Shown piece by piece: positions 61,651 through 64,000 of a DNA stretch of 64,000 bases (positions are counted from its first letter, which is position 1; the number at the start of each line of letters is the position of its first letter). The notes beneath the pieces are model-generated. The model saw only the letters and a program-made list of their open reading frames with translations, was not told where the DNA came from and did no database searches. Source of the stretch: Podarcis erhardii (lineage: Eukaryota). Position numbers and translations under genes: made by a program. The stretch is from the NCBI GenBank assembly GCA_964252035.1, contig OZ176207.1, one strand, 5' to 3'.

Positions 61651-64000
61651 CTGCTCACCAACCTCCTCTTTGGCACTGGCATCCCCACCGTTGCCATCCA
61701 CAAGAACCACCTGAGAGCTATCATTGCATAGCAAGTTTTCTGCCACCTGGATATGGGGTTTCGGGAAAGAGATCTGCTCTTTCCTCATCTCTGACGATAG
61801 GCAGAGTTGGTAGGAATAAGGTAAAGTTCCTTCTTCATAGTTTGGTGGAAATATGACCTGCGCCTTAGAAAAAGCATTAGGCTCAAAGCATTGGAATAAT
61901 TTGGGATTTCCTGATTGTCGAAGTTTCATGACAATGACCAGTATCACTGTCAGGAGGAATAAAAATGAGATCAATGCCAAAGCCAGCACCAAGTAAAACT
62001 GGAGGTCAGAATGATGCTCTGTGTCACTGGATTGTCTAGTCATTTCTGGAAGTGCCTCTTGGAAGTTCTCAGCAACCACGAGGTTGAGGACCACAGTAGT
62101 AGAGAGAGGAGCCTTCCCATTGTCCTTCACCAAGATGACCAGCTTCTGTTTCACAGCATCTTTCTCCAGAAGGGCTCGTGACGTCCTGATCTCTCCCGTG
62201 TGGGTCCCAATGGTGAAAAGGGCCGGCTCTGTGGCCTGCAGCACTTGATAGGAGAGCCAGGCATTGTGCCCAGAGTCTGCGTCCACAGCCACCACTTTGG
62301 TCACTAGGTAGCCTGGCTCTGCCGAGTGAGGAACCATCTCAAACAAGGCAGAGCCCTCGGCGCCTGGGACAGGATACAGAACGCGGGGGCTGTTATCGTT
62401 CTGATCCAAAATGTACACCCACACGGTGGCGTTGTTGCTGAGAGAGGGAGAACCGCCATCTTGGGCCTTCACTTGGATCTGAAACTCCCTGAATTGCTCA
62501 TAGTCAAAGGAGCGCTGTGCATAGATAGTTCCCGTCTCAGAGTTGATGGAGACGTAAGAGGAGAGAGGCAGCTCCTCCATGTTGCTGTTGAGGATGGAGT
62601 AAGTGATACGTGAGTTGCGGTCCAGATCTGGGTCCGAGGCTTTGAGGGCAAAAATGGAGGCACCTGAGGGATTGTTTTCAGGCACAAAGACACTGTAGGA
62701 TGATTTTTCAAAGGCAGGGGGGTTGTCATTGATGTCTGAAATCTGCAGGGAGATGGTTTTGTTGGAGGAGAGAGGAGGGCTACCTTTGTCAGTGGCCGTG
62801 ATTGTGATGTTGTATCCTGAGGCTTTTTCTCTGTCCAATGGACTATCTGTGAGAATTTTGTAATAATTGTTAGATGAGGATAAGATTTTAAATGGTACAT
62901 TACCTTGTAGATGGCATGTAATTTTTCCATTTTCTCCAGAATCTTTATCCTTTACATTGATAACAGCAATTACTGTCCCAGGAACAGAATCTTCAGGAAT
63001 TGGACTAGATAAGGAGGCAAGAATGACCTCTGGAGCATTGTCATTCTCATCTATAATCTTTATTTCAATTTTACAGTGAGCCACTAATCCCCCTCCATCT
63101 CTTGCTTTTATTGCCATAGTGTACTTTTCTGTTTCCTCAAAATCAAGATTCTCTGTATTCATAATTATTCCATTTTGTGCATCTATCCTAAATTTCTTGT
63201 AGACTTTGTCTGGTACTTTACTGAAACTATAACTGATCTGACTATTTGAACCTTCATCCCTATCAGAGGCTGCAATCTGAAGTATGGGAGACCCAGCAGG
63301 GGAATTTTCCCTCACACTGACCTCATAGACCTCTTGAGTGAAGACTGGTGGGTTGTCATTGGCATCTGTGACATTAATCCATATCTGCGCAGTCCCAGTT
63401 TTTCTGGGTTCACCCCCATCCAGGGCCGTAAGGATCAACTGAAGGGAGTGTTCGCTTTCCCGATCCAAAGGTTTTTGCAGGACCAATTCTGCATATTTAT
63501 GGCCATCCAGACTATCTTGAACCTCCAACGTGAAAAAGTGATTTTGGCTTAACTGGTAGTCATGAAGGGAATTCTTCCCAATATCAGGATCTTCAGCTTT
63601 CCCAAGGAGAAATCTGGCACCTGGCAATGTGGATTCAATTATTTCAAGCCTTATATTGTCATCCAGGAAATGCGGTACATTGTCATTAATGTCCTGAATT
63701 GCTACACTTACATGGAAAACATTTAATGGATTTTCAACTAAGGCTTCAAGATTAATGAAGCACTGTGTGCTCTCTCTGCACATTCCCTCACGGTCTATCC
63801 TCTCATTCACATTCACATTTCCATTTTCTGCATTGATACTGAAATATGGTTTTTTACCTTCAGAAATGATATGCAGGTTTCTATTCCTCAGTTCTCTGGC
63901 ATTCAGTCCCAAATCCTTGGCAAGATTTCCCACAAAGGACCCCTTTGCCATCTCTTCAGGGATGGAATAGTGAATTGACTCTGAGATCTCCCAGCAGAGG
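61651..64000 (-). CDS. Protocadherin gamma variable exon, B-type-like (5' end lies beyond the window)
   Basis: Open frame with six cadherin repeats (DRE, DxNDNxP, AxDGG), a TM segment ([19 protein letters not shown]) and a gamma-B-like tail ([17 protein letters not shown]). The frame runs to the window edge (..[18 protein letters not shown]). Phase-0 donor CAG|GTAAGC with exon end at 61651. Confidence 0.92.

Noticed and set aside
1-64000. CRISPR arrays, rRNA, tRNA or prokaryotic features
   Set aside because: None seen. The DNA is vertebrate, and the tandem patterns are microsatellites and LINE tails.

Overview
Vertebrate genomic DNA, most likely a squamate (lacertid-type) lizard judging by its repeats; the species is an inference. 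The window covers the 3' part of the clustered protocadherin-gamma locus on the minus strand. In transcription order (high to low coordinate) it holds: a 5'-truncated gamma-B-like variable exon (window end to 61651); a decayed gamma-A-like exon (~58760-57101); an intact gamma-B-like exon (55702-53261); PCDHGC3 (41195-38751); two heavily decayed C-type exon relics (~34720-34050 and ~33460-31800); an intact extra C-type exon X1 (31108-28664); PCDHGC5 (27135-24685); two more intact C-type exons X2 (23547-21109) and X3 (20246-17811); and constant exons 1 (14286-14228) and 2 (3053-2965). Constant exon 3 lies below position 1. The main observation is that the relic at ~31.8-33.5 kb carries gamma-C4-diagnostic motifs. 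The isoform essential for neuronal survival in mouse therefore appears to be a long-dead pseudogene here, while three C-type exons with no mammalian counterpart are intact. Other points: a 795-bp, ~97%-identical conversion tract between the two gamma-B exons; CSE/CTCF promoter elements; a perfect 114-bp Penelope-derived palindrome folded at a hammerhead stem; and an LTR with a U3-spanning ORF. Orthology calls rest on human sequences recalled from memory and need alignment to confirm. Two assembly gaps lie at 12346-12503 and 60472-60634.
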